Assembly (NCBI GenBank): GCA_024679065.1
Contig: JAGIQG010000017.1
Span: forward strand, 22,878,001 to 22,942,000
Reading direction: 5' to 3'
Origin: Sphyrna mokarran
Lineage: Eukaryota
Length of the DNA: 64,000 bases
In this document: positions 13,388 through 27,688 of the stretch, piece after piece
Layout of the letters: every line of letters starts with the position of its first letter
Numbering within the stretch: position 1 is the first letter of the stretch
Position numbers and translations under genes: made by a program
The notes under the pieces: generated by a model
Databases searched by the model: none
Told to the model about the DNA's origin: nothing
The model's input: only the letters and a program-made list of their open reading frames with translations

Positions 13388-14202
13388 CTGGATTAAAAAA
13401 AGAAAATGTAACATGTTTTACTATAATTCTGTGATGATAACATTATTAACAGCAAACTGCTTCATTAAGATATCAGAAGCTTCAAAACAGATATTAAACA
13501 GTATGTAAAAAGTTTTAAACAGTTTCCATCAAGAACGTTTTAGAATTGAATATTTGTAGGTCAAAATATTACTTAGCTGTAATTAAAATCCGTAACTCTG
13601 CAGCATATACACATACATCTAATTTGGTCTTGTAAATTGGTGCAGAATTTAGATTTAAACTCTCAAAAAAGAAATATCAGAGCTCAAAAATACTCTCCTC
13701 TAGAGCTACTTGCTGGCAAACCAATGGCTTATATCAGTGCAGCTCCTAATTAGGTTTAAAGACATATTAGTTTTAGCAAAGCCACCATCCAGTGTACTAC
13801 TTGGCCAGAAAGATCAGAAAATTTCACTGAGTCCAGCTGATACATTTCTCTACATGCTACCAGAGAATGACTTAAGTTAGACTTGGCTGTGATATCCTTC
13901 AATAATGACAATAGCTGTTTAAACTCACAATCTATCATCTCTACTTGAAGGTGGTTCTGTTACCACTCATGGAACTGTAGCTGAATAGTTCTGGAGAGAT
14001 GGCACAAATAGAGAAAGAACCAACAAAAAAATCCGAGTCTCAAAAACAGCAAATGTTTTACTTTCCAACCCCATGGGAAATGGATGAAATGACAGATTAT
14101 CGTAAACTAATAAACAGATCGCATCTACTGAATTATAGTTGCAAATGAACAATCAATAAATTATAAACAGTTTTATAATTATATAAATGTGAGCCATCTG
14201 TT

Positions 14203-14640
14203 AGCCTGGATTATGTTGGTAGCACATTCACCTTCAAATCAGAAGGTTCCAGGTTCAAACTTTGGAACATGAGAACAAAAATCAAGGCTGACATTCCAGT
14301 CTCACGCTCAGGAAATGCTGCACTGTTGGAGGTATGATCTTGCAGCTGAAACATTAAAGAGAGGCTCTGTCAGCCCTCTCAAGTGGTATTAAAGATCTCA
14401 TGACATAATTTTGAAGATGAGCAGAAGAATTACCCACAGTGTCTAGCTCAATACTTATCCTCGATCAACAACACACAAACTGACAATGTGATCATTTTTG
14501 CTGCTTGTAGGAGCTTGCTGTTTGCAAGTTGGCTGCTATCATTCCAATATGTGATTACACTTCAAAAATACTTTGTTACGTGGAAAATGCTTTGAGATTG
14601 CTAGTGTTTATGAAACCTGCTACATAAATGCAAGTCCTTC
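14203..14640 (+). mobile_element. Deu-domain (SacSINE1-like) tRNA SINE with L2-type tail
   Basis: tggtagcac...tcagaaggttccaggttcaa head; gctgacattccagt...gctgcactgttggagg central domain; ataaatgcaagt tail; homologous to 61472-61880. Confidence 0.72.
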
Positions 14641-14690
14641 TTAAAATCTTGGAAAAACTGATGAAACCGTTTTCAAGTACCGGTCATGTT

Positions 14691-14823
14691 GGCCGGAATT
14701 CTCTGGCCATTCATGATCTGCTGCTGCTGCCAGAGAGGACAAATTTGGCATTCAGCCAAATCTCCATTCCCTAGAGCAGGACAGGAGAATCTCATTGGTG
14801 TGAATGGCTGGAGAGTACCAGCC
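14691..14823. mobile_element. Second copy of the same MITE
   Basis: Shares ctgctgccag...aatttggca.tcagccaaatctccattc core and similar TIRs with 26468-26603. Confidence 0.72.
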
Positions 14824-14975
14824 ATGGCCTAATGAAAATAAAATCCATGTCTGAGATTAAATAGGTTGTTTTGTGTAAACTGATAAGATTATACTTATGG
14901 CTAGGATAAGGTCATAAAGTCCAATTTTGACTTTGAATTAACATTTGTTCATGTAACTGCTCCTGTTTCCAAAAA

Positions 14976-15308
14976 GGGGATGGTATGATGGTTAGCACAT
15001 TGCTGCCTCATAGCACCAGGGGCCCGGGTTCAATTCCAGCCTTGGGTGACTGTGTGGAGTTTGCATATTGTCCCCATACTTGCGTGGATTTTCCCTGAGT
15101 GTTCCAGTTTCCTCCCACAGACCAAAGATGTGCAGGTTAGGTTGATTGGCCACAGTAAATTCCCCTCATTCCAAAGATACATAGGTTAGAGGGATTAGCC
15201 ATGGTACAGGTGCAGGGTTATGTGGATAGCGGGATGGGTCTATAAGATGCTCTTTCAGAGAGTCAATGCAGACGTGGTGGGCCGAATGGCTTGGATTGTA
15301 TGATTCTA
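14976..15308 (+). mobile_element. HE1/V-SINE-like tRNA-derived SINE
   Basis: A-box tggttagcac, B-box gggttcaattcc, V-domain tgtgtggagtttgca...gtttcctcccacag.ccaaagatgtgc, CR1-like tail tatgattcta. Confidence 0.88.
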
Positions 15309-16305
15309 ACTTTGAAAATTTGCTGAATTTCCTAGCAATTGAATTTACAGTCAACTTGTCATTGTTATAATGTATCAGTGAAAAAAGCTTGTAGTTTGCA
15401 AAAGCATATTTCATACTTTGAGTAGTTGTGCAGTTTTTAGCTTTATTCACTGATCATTCTCAAAGTAGCTGAGAAGATGCATTTTTAAATTTATAAATAT
15501 TCTCTGATGAGCTTCAAATCAAATCAGCTCTAATCAGTATATTAGGATTGCTAACAGCCATTTCAGTAATAAAACTCTTTGCCTGTACATCAAATCAAGC
15601 ATTTTGCTGCTATTTTGACTTAAGCTTGGTCTTATTACCATCAAGAACTTTATTATGAAGTCACTGTCATTATGACAAAAAGAGAGACCATTCAGCCCAC
15701 TGTGTATTTGCTGGCTCTCTGTAGAGCAATCAAATCAATCCTATCACTTTGTTCTACTTCTATCATTTTTGCTTCCACCACCCTACTAAGCAGCGAGTAT
15801 CCAAAGTCAATTGCTATGCACTTAAAAGAATCTGCCAGGCATATATTTTAAAGATATAGTAATTATTTGGCATAGACTATTATTCGAATTGATTGCACTC
15901 TTACTGCGACAAATACTGGACCTGTAGAATATTACTTTGATCAGCAAACATTTTCATTTTATCCAGGCTCCACTATACCTATAAAGATGGCATTATCTAT
16001 TCATAGGGATTAAAAGATCAAATGGTGAAGACCTGAAATGAACATTAACCTGCTGTGTGCTATCAATTAACATCAAAAATAGGATGACACTCTTCTGAAG
16101 TAACTTTTCATAGCTTGTTTAATCTATCTTTCTCAGGTACTGATTAACCTCTTACGTATTTTCAAAATTTCTCATTTTAGATACATCTGTGACGCCATAT
16201 GAAAAATATATAAATAACTGTTTTGTTTAGAAATAATAGCTTTGCTGGCATTTTTAATGAATCAAGAATACTTTTATTACAAGGAAGCAAGTGTGAGAGT
16301 CTTAC

Positions 16306-16761
16306 CTCCAACTGAGTGAAGAATTTCTCCATTTTTTTCAGTCACCAAAATCCTATGATGGCCAGAGTCAGCAATCACTAGTCTACCTGTAGCTTTATCC
16401 ACTGCAATTTTAGCCGGAAAGAGCAATGAAGAAGGTGGTAAAGAATCTTTGTATAATTTCAATTTAATGCCATGATCCTTAATTTCTCCTTTCCCTTTGT
16501 AGTATTTCAAGGTTGTTGAAATAAAGGAAAACAGCTTTTCCCTGTGTCCTTCACCAATCAAAGTGAACAGCATATTTCCCCGTGGACCTAGAATTACTAA
16601 TGTTGGCCAACATGTCACTTCAAGCTCCTGCCACAGCTTCGCATCAGCATCGTTCACAACTGGATGAGTAATATTATAACGAAGGACAGCACTCTGAATG
16701 TTCTTAAGAACCTTTTCATTTGGGAACTTCGCCGAGTGGACACCAACAACTACTACTCCAT
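16306..16761 (-). CDS. NHLRC2: NHLRC2 coding exon 3 (456 nt), end of Trx-like domain and first NHL repeat
   Basis: Acceptor cttttccag|; (D)[18 protein letters not shown]...[29 protein letters not shown]...[10 protein letters not shown]...HSVG; donor GAG|GTAAGA. Confidence 0.97.
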
Positions 16762-19551
16762 CTGGAAAAGGCACAGAGTAAAATATTAGTACAAAATAAA
16801 ATCTTATCAGTTATCAAAGTTACTTTGAAGAAAAATTACCACTGTATAGTAGTCTAAAAAGCCAAAAAAAAGAAAGCAACTGTAACAAGAGCAAGAGAAA
16901 ATAATGCACAAAAAAAGTCAGAGATCCAGAAAAAAATCAAATGATATATTCAACATACTGCAATTTAAAATTAGGTTAATATTTGAAACTCCAGAATGCT
17001 GAATGCTAAGGAATATAAGTTTTAGCACATTTTATTATGCATGTTCTGCATTTTCATATTAATTTAAAAGCACTCTCCTCTTCTTTCAGAAGGCAGTTAG
17101 TCAATCATTTTCTTTCAAATGAACTGCAAGAACCCATATTGGATGTTGCTATGTTTCTGTCCATAGGACTGTTTCACAGACATTCTACTGAGATTGGGAA
17201 AATACTAGGACCTGGATTTTCACAATGACCAAGGCATCCTTCATCATTGCAAGAACAGCAAAGGCCAAATTTTGGAAGGTCTGTCTCCGAACAAAGCACT
17301 TACATTTTTTGTGGGGCAGGGATGGGTATGGATATGGGTTGGGATTTGTTTATATATTGTGCAGCTGCCCAATAAAACAACAATTGTCTTTAATCGCATC
17401 TAATTTTTCATAACCAGGAGTGGGAAACACAACATGTGCAGATTAGGAGCAGGTGTAAAGTCTGCAGAGTCCTACAAAGAGCTAGGGTTCATTTTTTGAT
17501 ATGGTGCTTGGAGGCATTTGAGGGAAGTAAGGTACCCTTTGGGTTTGTTAAAACTGGACGTGAATGTGCAGACAAAACAGTCAATTCATTGGAACTGTCA
17601 AAGCAGCTATTAAGCATTTAACAGTTCTGACTTTTAAATCCATGAAAAAAATTATCTGGAGTTTCAAAAAAAAACATTGTTTCCTATTTCCTTCTGTTGT
17701 TGATATAAGCCCAAAGCCTATCATAACTGAATTAATGCTACATGACCAATTTCACATGTTCCTATAGGGAGCTGCCTGTCATTTCACAACTTAACTGATA
17801 ATTCCAAATTATTAAGAACTTCTTGAAGTGTCACTATGAATTTCAATGTTTGTTTTTATAAGAGATTAAATACTTGAATGGAATTTTGCTTTTATAACAA
17901 ACTATGTAGCTGAAGGGATGTAAATGCATTAAATGGATTTGTAAGATATTATTAAATAAAGTCTGCAACAAATAGTTAGAATTTTATATTATTTCATTTC
18001 TGCATTGGTCCTGAGATTTGCCCATAGTGGATACTGGGTGAATTGACATGGAAATTGTATGGGCAAAGTATTAAGTGGGTAGGGAGCATTATCATTTCAA
18101 TGTTGATAAAACAATGCTGGAGACAAGAGAGTATATAACAAGCCAGTTTATTTGATTTACCAATTAGCAATTACAATGTAATGTTAATAATTTAGTTGAT
18201 TATGTATACTCATTCCAGAAAAAATGCTTAGAAACTAAATTACCAGGTTGCAAGTAAACAGGACTAATCATCTGACATGGCTGACATCCCAAGTGATCAT
18301 CTCTGTCCTATGTTACTGATGCTGGTGTTGATGTTTCATGTTCAGAACCACTGGACAGAAAGATGAATTTTGGAGCATTTTCCCAGTTTAGCAGTTCCTT
18401 TTCTGAACTGTGACACTTGTGGGAATTCAGTATCATCTAACAGTTCATATCATGGACCATAGTTCTCGGTGGAAGGAAATTGTTAAAATTCCAGTTTATA
18501 TTATTTTAAAACAGTATCTATAAATTATTTCCATGCTAAAGTACTTAGATCAATGTTTTCCTTGTGTTAATTTTATTCTTTAATGAATCCAATTTATTCT
18601 TGAAGATTTACAGTTATCAAAGTTGAAAGCAGCAGGAACTTATAATCAAATTCTATATTATTGTTCTGTGTACCAATGAAAAGGTTAATTGTTCTTTCTG
18701 CATGTCACTTTCCAAAATTATGCATTTTGATTCATAGAAAATATGTCTTCTCTGTGAAAATGGTTCTTTATCTTGGCAAACGGAGAGTCTCTGGCATCCA
18801 TTTAAATCTTTGGCTAGTAATTGGTTTAAAATTTGTGTGGCATTTCAGTAGCAGATTTACAAAGCTAAAGAAATTTGGTCAGTAATTTTCACGTAAGAAT
18901 GCTGTTAGTCATTCTTGCATGAAATTTACTAAATCTACTAATTCAATGATCTTCATTTTTATAATAAATTTACTAATATTATTTTAGGCATAAACATATA
19001 CACATCCTGAAGGCAAAATTAATTACAGTCCTGAATAATTTCTTCCCTATCTTTTAATTTGGCGAACTTTTTTTTATATTTTGCTCTAAAATGTTCCTTA
19101 CAGCTTACTTTGTGCTTTGTTTCCCTATTTAAATAGTCATCATATTTGAAAACATCTTCAATTGAATACAAAATGCAAGCTCTCTATTTTTAGTATTAAT
19201 GGCACCAAGCTGTCTGAGAAGACATTACAAACAACTTGGGTGGTATACTGTACTTTTGATCTCCTGATACCCACTTTGTATGTAACTTCTTTCAGAGATT
19301 AATGCTCACTGAATCACCCAATCTCATCTGTCTGATTACTCCATTCAGTTTCTAAAGATTATTTGCATACGTTTTTTCATAATCCCTGAAGATCTAATTT
19401 ATTTTACTGGTTCCACCAACAGTGCAAACAGCAAAATTGATATTCATTGGATAATGTTGCAAGTTAAAAAAGAACTAGCAAACCACATTAAAAACTATGA
19501 CAATACTTACAAATGATCACACTACATTTTAAATTTAATTCAAGAAATTAA

Positions 19552-20000
19552 TAGAACATAGAACATTACAGCACAGAACAGGCCCTTCAGCCTTCGATGT
19601 TGCACCGACCAATATAAAAAGCAATGCCCCTCCAAACTAAACCATTCCCTTCTCTTCCATATACTTATCAACTAACCTCTTAAACGCCACCAAACTTGGC
19701 GCATCTACAACTGCTGCAGGCAGGGCATTCCACTCCCGAACCACCCTTTGGGTAAAGAACCTACCTCTGATATCCGTCCTATAACTATCACCCCTTAATT
19801 TAAAGCTGTGTCCCCTCGTGCTAGCTTTCTCCATCCTAGGAAAAAGGCTATCACTGTCCACCCTATCTAAACCTCTAATCATCTTATATGTTTCGATAAG
19901 GTCCCTTCTTAGCCGCCTCCTTTCTAACGAAAACAACCTCAAATCCCTCAGCCTCTCTTCATAAGACCTGCCCTCCATACCAGGCAACATCCTGGTAAAC
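19552..20000 (-). mobile_element. Young CR1 3' fragment
   Basis: ORF ...YEERLRDLRLFSLERRRLR.DLIETYK...FFTQRVV..WNALP; nearly identical to 41969-42380. Confidence 0.95.
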
Positions 20001-20279
20001 TAATAATCAGTAATGGGTCCAAAAATAGCTCTAAACAACGGAACCTGTCTTATTAGCAATTACAGTTTCTATTTCTTTTTGAATAGTATTTAAGCATAGC
20101 ATTATACTCCATTTAATTGCAAAGTTTACTGTTAATTTGATTAGTAATGGAGATATATCAGTTGGCTTTAATGTCTAGCAGCCATTAAAAGCTTAAATAA
20201 CATTGTTTTGATAAAGAAGAAATTTTCAGTTTAATGAACTAGAAAACGATTCTTTCATAACCTGCTGTAAAGGTCAAGT

Positions 20280-23200
20280 AGCCTTTATTCGCGAGCCTAA
20301 TTGCTGGACCTGTCCAAAAACCACATTAGTCATAAGACAAACCCCTCAATCCGGAATCAATTTAGTGAACCTCCTCTGAACCACCTTCAATGCAAGTACA
20401 TCCCCCAACAAGTACAGGGCCAAAAACCGTACACAATATTCTAAGTGCAATCTCAATAATAATTTGTACTGTAGCAGCAACACTTCACTACTTGTATATT
20501 CCACTCCTTCAGCAATAAATGTCAAGATTCAATTTGCCTTCCTTATTACGCGCTGTACCTGCTTACTAGTTTTCTGCAATTCATGCAAGAGGATACCTAG
20601 ATACTGCTGCACTGAAGCACTCTGAAGTTTCTCTCCATTAGACATTAATTTGCTTTTGTATTTTTTCTACTAAAATGGATAACTCACACTTATCCACGTT
20701 AAATTCCATCTGCCAAATTTTAACCTATTCACTTAACCTATCTATTTGTAAATGTCTTATTTCATTATCACAACTTAATATCCCACTGATTTTAGTGAAA
20801 AAATAAATGAGAAATGTGTGCCTTCTTCCTTGATAAAGGAAAGTGTTAGATATGTGTTAAGTTATCAGAGCCAGATGAGATTCATCCAAGGACAGCTGTA
20901 GAAGGATGGAAATTGAGGAGGTACTGACCATAATCTTCAATCCACTTAGAAACAGGAATGGTGCTATAGGTTGGAGAACTGTAAATTTAAAGAATGGTGT
21001 ATGGACTAGCCCAGCAACCATAGTCCAATCAAGTTTAACCTTGGTGGTGGGAAAGCTTTTAGAAACAATAATTAAGGACAAATTTAACAGTCACTTGGGC
21101 AAATTCACATTAATTAAGGAAAACCAATCAGTTTTTGATGATGCAACAGTGAGGGTTGATAAGGATTATGCAGTCGATGTGGTGTACATGGATTTTCAAA
21201 AAGTATTAGGTAAAGTGCCATAAAACTGATCTGTCAGTAAAATTGGAGCTCATGGAATAAAAGGGCCAACAGTAACATAGATGCGAAAGGAAACAGTTGT
21301 GATCAATAATTGTTTTTCAGACAGGAGGGATTCCCCAGTGTTATGACCCCTGCTTTTCTTGGTAATATATTAATGACACTGATTTGAAAGTTCACTTCTT
21401 GCCAGATTGGGAAGTCTGTACACGATTGAAGTGCCTCCCACCAAATTCTCCACAGAAATTTGGTGAACCACATCTTCAGATCATCACAGAAAAGCAGCAA
21501 TGCAGGAAGGAACATATAGTGGTAATTTCTGCACGAGTGAATGATGATCTTCAATGTTCTCTTCCTGTAACCAATAATGCTTTGCTCAAACTGAAAACTC
21601 ACCACAGATCTAAGAACAAAGAAAATTACAGCACAGGAACAGGCCTTTTGGCCCTCCAAGCCTGCATTAACTAAAACCCCCCTATGCCTCCAGGGACCAT
21701 ATCCCTCCATTCCCATCTCATTCATGTACTTGTGAAGGGGCCCCTTAAAAGTCACAAGTGTATCCGCTTCGTCTATCTCCCTAGCAACGAGTTCCAGCCA
21801 CTCAGCACTCTCTGTGTAAAAAAAAAACTGCCTCGTACATCTCTTTTAAAACTTGCCTCTCGCACTTTAAACCTATGCCCCCTAGCAATTGACTCTTCCA
21901 CCCTGGGAAAAGCTTCTGACTATCCACTCTGTCCATCCCTCTCATAATCTTGTAGACTTCTATCAGGTCTCCCCTCAACCTCTGTTGCTCCAGTAAGAAC
22001 AAACCAAGTTTCTCCAACCTCTCCTCCAAACCAGGCAACATTTCAGTAAATCACTTCTGTATCCTCTTCAAAGCCTCCACATCCTTCTTGTAGTGTGCTG
22101 ACCAGAATTGAACACTATATTCCAAGTGCGGCCTCACTAAGGTTCTGTAAAGCTACACCATGACTCGCCCATTTTTAAACTCAAAACCCTAGCTGATGAA
22201 GGCAAGCATGCTGTATGCCTTAACTACCTTCTTCACCTGCATTACCACTTTCCGTGTACCTGTACACCCAGATCCCTTTGCCTATCAATACTATTAATTT
22301 TATTGTTTACTGTTTATTTCCTATCTGTATTAGACTTTCCAAAATGCATTACCTCGTGTCTGTCTAGAGTAAACTCCATCTGCCATTTCCCCGCCCAAGT
22401 CTCCAATTGATCTATATCATGCTGCATCTTCTGATGGTCCTCATTGCTATCCACAAATCCACCAACCTTCTGTGTCGTCTGCAAACTTACTAATCAATCC
22501 AGTTATTTTCCTCCAAATCATTTGTATATATATTACAAACAGCAAAGGTCCCACCACTCGTCGCAACCATTCATTCAGAAATGCACCCTTCCAATACTAC
22601 CGTCTGTTTTCTTTGACTGAGCCAGATAAATAATAGATCTGAAACATTTGCACCAAAGCAAAACTAAGGAGAAACTTGGATGCACAATTTCAAAATTTGT
22701 AGACATAAAACTTGGAAGTACTGTGAACCATCAGGAGGACAGAGTAGACTAGGCATACTCGGCAGATGATATTTAATTAAGGGCAGTGTGAAGTGATTCA
22801 TTTTAGTACGGAGAACAAGGAAATGTGATATAAAATAAAGAAGTACAATTCTATAGGGATGTTGCGATAGAGGGATCTGAGGGTGTACATGTACAAATCA
22901 ATGCAGGGGACATGCTTGGTTGCAAAAATAGTTAATACAGTACATAAGATGTTGGGATTTATAAATGGGGCAGAGTGCAAAAGCAAAGAAGTTATGATAA
23001 ACTTGGATAAAATGTAGGTTCAGTCGCAACTAGAGTATGGTGTCCAGTTTCAGATACTAGAAATTAGAAAGAATGAATAGATATCAGAAGAAACTCAAGA
23101 ATGATTCCAGGGTTGACAAACTTCAGTTATGCAGATAAACTGGAGAAGCTGGGACTTGCTCCTTGGAGAGCATCAAGTAATTTGGTAGAAGTGTTCAAAA

Positions 23201-23520
23201 TCTTTTGGACAGATAAGATTAGGAGAAAGTGTTCCCATTGATGAACGGCTGAGGACCAGAGGGCAGCAATTTAAAGTGATTGGCAAAAGAACGAAAGCAT
23301 GATGAGGCAAAAGATCTTCATGCATCAAATGGCTGGGGTTTGGAAGTACTGTCAGACAAATTTAATCAGAAGTTTCAAAAGGGAATTGAATCGTTATCTG
23401 AAAAGATTTGAAGACAGTAGAAAAAAGGCAGATGAGTGAGACTAGGTGAGTTACTCTTGCAGAAGTTGGCATGAATACAATTGTTTCCTTATGTGCTATA
23501 ACAATTCTATGATTCTATGT
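20280..23520. mobile_element. Cluster of CR1 fragments: minus ~20280-20800, plus ~20800-21380 resuming ~22700-23520, minus ~21610-22620
   Basis: VDVVYMDFQK, LERLEKLGLF.LEQ.RLRGDLIEVYKIM motifs; ttctatgattctatg 3' tail at ~23505-23520. Confidence 0.82.
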
Positions 23521-24184
23521 TTAAATAGAAATAAATATGTTATAATCTTCATTAAAAAAATGGTTTGTTCAAAGTCATATTAAAAAGAGTTGATAGAACT
23601 GCTGTAGATAGCAATCACAAAACAAAAGATAGTAGATGTTGACTGAAATGCTTCTCCATACATTATTACACTTGGTACTGAAAGCAACTCCATTAAGCTT
23701 TTTGATAAGAATTGCTGGAGATGTAATCTGTCTGGGTAGTTAATACACTGCGAGTAAAGTGAAATCACACAAAGTTCAAATTCAAAGGGTTTTTGAAGAA
23801 TCACACATACTCAAAAATCTGTTCAATAAATTACAACTTGGTGCATAAGAAGCATGATCCACTTTTATGAACTGATAATAATATGTACGTTTGAAAAATT
23901 AAAGGTAGGAGTGCAGGATGGTGATCACTCTGATTGTCAGCAGAAAATCACAGGTAGGGACAGATCATATAAACATTATATACAGCAAGGACTCGTACAA
24001 GAACATAATTAGAAGGGGGAGGGTTCCAAGAGCGGAAAGTTTAAAAAATTCAGAGATATATGAGGAAGTGGCAGCACAGAATAATGAAGAGGCCTTGACT
24101 GTTATAGTGTGACAAACTAGGGCAAACAAATGTAAACAAAAATATGCAACACAAAGCAAATCCAGAGTTGTAAACTACTATAAA

Positions 24185-26392
24185 GAATTTAAAGCTAAAT
24201 GTATTTTATCTGAATGCTCAAAGCATTTGCAACAAGACAGCTGAGTTGATAGCACAGGTTACAACATATGAATACGATGTATTTGTTATTACAGAAGCAT
24301 GGTGACAAAGTGATCTGGACCATGTACTCAACATTCCAGGGAATACAATGTTTCAAAAGATCAGGCCAAAGTGGAAAAAAGATGGGGTTGCATTGTTATT
24401 CAAGGAAAATTGCAGAGCTTTGCTGAGTTGTGATATAAAGACAGTAAACATTGATGTAGAATTGGTTTGGGGTGAAATCATGACTCGCAGGGGAGTGGTC
24501 TACAGACCTCCAAAATGTGACCCCTCAAGAAGTTAGAGCATAAACGAGGAAATATCAAGGATATGTTTGATAGGAACTGGAATTATCATAGGGAATTTTA
24601 ATCTGCACATTCAAACCAAACCAGCAAGGGCAGTACAGAAGAAGAATTTGTGGAGTGTGTCAAGAATTGTTTTTTTTAGAGTAGTATGTCACGGGACCTA
24701 CCCAGGAACGGGCTGCCTTAGATTTGGTGTTGTGTATTGAGAAAGATTAGAAAGGAAGCTTGCGGTTAAGGACCTCCCTTGGGAGTAGTGACCACAATAT
24801 GACAGAATTCTAAATACTGTTTGCGGGTAAAAGCCATAGGCCAACAACTAGTGTCTTCAACTTAAATAAGGGCAATTATAATGGTATGAGGAAGGAGTCA
24901 TCTAAGGTGAACTGGGTAAACAGTTCAGTAGATGAGCAGTGGCAGATATTCAAACAGATAGACCAAACTGCTCAGCTCAATTTATCCCAAGCAAAAACAG
25001 GGATTCCATGAGAAAGACGCAAAATCCATAGTTAACCCAGGAGATCAAGGATAAAGTTAAATTAAACAACCAGGATATACAAAGTAGCATGGGATAGTGG
25101 TAGACCAGACAACTGGGAAGCTTTAGGATCCAGCAACAAAAAACTATGAAATCCATAAAAAGGGGGAAAATGAATTTTGACAGAGAAATTTTGCATGCAG
25201 CATAAAATAAGCAGTAGGAGTTTCAATGATATATAAATAGGAAGTGGGTGGCTAAGGTAAACGTGGGACCTCTACTGAAGGAGGTGGGTGAATTGATAAC
25301 AGTAAACAAAGAAATGGTGGATATGCTAAATACATTTTTTGCATCGATCTTCATCATGGAAGACATTGCAAATATTCCTAAGTTAACAGCTGATTTCAAA
25401 TAACATGATAGAACTTACAATACTCCCAATCATAAGGATAGAGTATTATTATAGACTCTCAAGGGGCTAAAGGTGGATAAGTCATCAGGACCTAATGGCA
25501 TACTAGAGTTTTAATGGAAACGGCTGCAGAAACAGTGGACCCATTGGTTAAAATATTTTGTAGCTTGCTAAATTCTAGGACGGTACCAGAAGATTGGAAA
25601 ACAGCCAACAGCCTTGTTCAAAAAGAGAGAAAGGTAGAAGGCAGGAAACTATAGGCCAGTAAGTTTAACATTTCTTATTGGCAAGATGCTGGAGTCAATA
25701 ATCAAAAAGAAGAAATAGCTAATCATTTAGAAAAGCTGAATGTAATCAAACCTAGTCAACATGGTTTTATGAAAGATAAATCATGTTTGACAAATTTGTT
25801 CAAGTTCTTTGAGGAGATAACAGAAACCTGCAGATGTATTGGAGGAAGTGTGTTAGCATGGATTGAAAATAGTAACTTTGTTACTGAGAGTTGGAATAAA
25901 TGGGTCCGTTTCAGAATGGAAAAGATGTAACTAGTGGAATACTGCAGGGATCAGTTGTAGGCTCACAATTATTAACTATTTATATGAATGACCTGAAAGA
26001 AGAAACAGAACGTAAAGTTTCCAAATTTGTTGATGATATGTAGGTAGATGGAACTGCAGCTTGTGATAAGGATATTGTAATTCTGCAGTGGGACATAGAT
26101 TGGATGACTGGTTGGAAATGAAGTTTAATGTGGAGATCTTGCACTTTGATGAGAGAATTCAAACGAGTACTATCTAAATGGAATTCACTGCCCCAAAGGA
26201 TAATGGAGACTGGATCATTAGAAGTACTTCAAAGTGGAGGTGAATAAGTATTTGGTAGATTGAGGAATAGAGGGTTCTGAGGAAATGGCACAGAAAAGGA
26301 GTTGAAGCCAGCATAGATCAGTCATGAGCATATTGAATATCAGAGTAGATTTGAAGGCCCCTACTCCTGTTTCTATTTCTTGTGAGTTCTTG
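24185..26392 (+). mobile_element. Long decayed CR1 ORF2 (APE endonuclease and RT)
   Basis: YLNAQSICNK..EL, ITEAW, GVVYRPP, GNFNL, LDLVL, GSSDHN endonuclease motifs; then NYRPVSLT, QHGFMK, QGSV.G, SKFVDD; many stops. Confidence 0.88.
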
Positions 26393-26467
26393 TCTGTGTT
26401 TGATCTGAAAGCAGATCATAGTCTTTTACTTTTAGCCAAAATAAAGCACTTAGGAAATTGAGATTTA

Positions 26468-26603
26468 GGCTGGAATTCTCTTGTCTCGCATGCCCTGCTT
26501 CTGCTGCCAGCAAGAATGGGGAATTTGGCACTCAGCCAAATCTCCATTCATAGCAGCAAGACCAGATAATTCCATTCACTGGTGAGGTCAGAGAATTACG
26601 GCC
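26468..26603. mobile_element. PIF/Harbinger-like MITE
   Basis: TIRs ggctggaattctc / gagaattacggcc with TTA on both sides (26465-26467, 26604-26606); second copy at 14691-14823. Confidence 0.75.
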
Positions 26604-27557
26604 TTAAAATATAGTAAGAGAATTTTCAGAAACAGCATGAAAGAGTTAATAATCAAACAATTTCAAAAATCACATAAGCTACTATGAATGAAACCAGAGG
26701 TCTTTATTAAAGTCAACCCAGATAAGTGTCAAGGCCTACATACAAGGGAGGAAATCACAGAATTAGATTCATCTAACAAAGATCTTTAGTCCTAGAGAAT
26801 TCATTAAATCAGACAACTGGACATGAGAGACATAACTAGTACCAATAATCCAGACAGAAGCTGGGATGTTGAATACAACTTATAACAATAATGAATTAGG
26901 TCAACTAACATGAATAAGTCTTCATACTAATTTGCTTAATTTATAATATCTGGCGTCTGATGGTAGTGATCGGTTTTAAATATTTGTATCTTATGCATGA
27001 TGTAACCTTAATCAATAGTTGTGATTCAATCGAGATAACTCCTATATCTTCATAAGTATATGTCAATTACTTGTAATTGAATTTTAAATGATTTCTGCTT
27101 ATGTATTCCTGAATACTATACTCTGGCTAGTCACAGACTGTGACCTGTGACTTTACATGCTCCTCTTTATAGCTTGCATTAAAACAGCTGTTGAGAGAAC
27201 GCCATGGCTTGGTCTTTAAAGGCTCTCAACAAAGCCCACAACATAGCACATAATGAGAAATCGACAAGTTTGAAATCTCAATACTTACTGTTTGTAAAGG
27301 AATGCATAATGATCATGTAGAATTACTACATAATCATTAGTTTTCACAGTAAAGTTTAAAATATACAATACAATGTACAATATATAATAATCAATGTGTT
27401 TGCTATACAACAAGAGCTTGTATTTATATAGCACCTTGAATATAGTACTATGTTCCAATATGCTCCACAGCAGAACATCCAACAAAATTTGATACAATCA
27501 TCACTGTATTATGGACATAGATCTCCTTTCATTTAGTCCAGATAAAAGAAAACTTAG

Positions 27558-27688
27558 AGGGTAGGATTTTCCAGCCGTGCCAGCCCTAAAACTGGAAAAT
27601 CCTGCCAGAAGTCAAAGGACTTTTGCATGGTCCACTCCCTTCCCCCACTCACTACGATTCCCGTGGTGGCAGGATGGAAAAATTCCCC
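27558..27688. mobile_element. Related short MITE
   Basis: Ends ggggtaggattttcc / ggaaaaattcccc; similar GC-rich elements at ~8378-8490, 10527-10713 and 2415-2545. Confidence 0.55.

Noticed and set aside
14976-15045. tRNA-like A/B boxes (also 58217, 60065, 14215)
   Set aside because: SINE heads without a complete cloverleaf or Pol III terminator; not tRNA genes.
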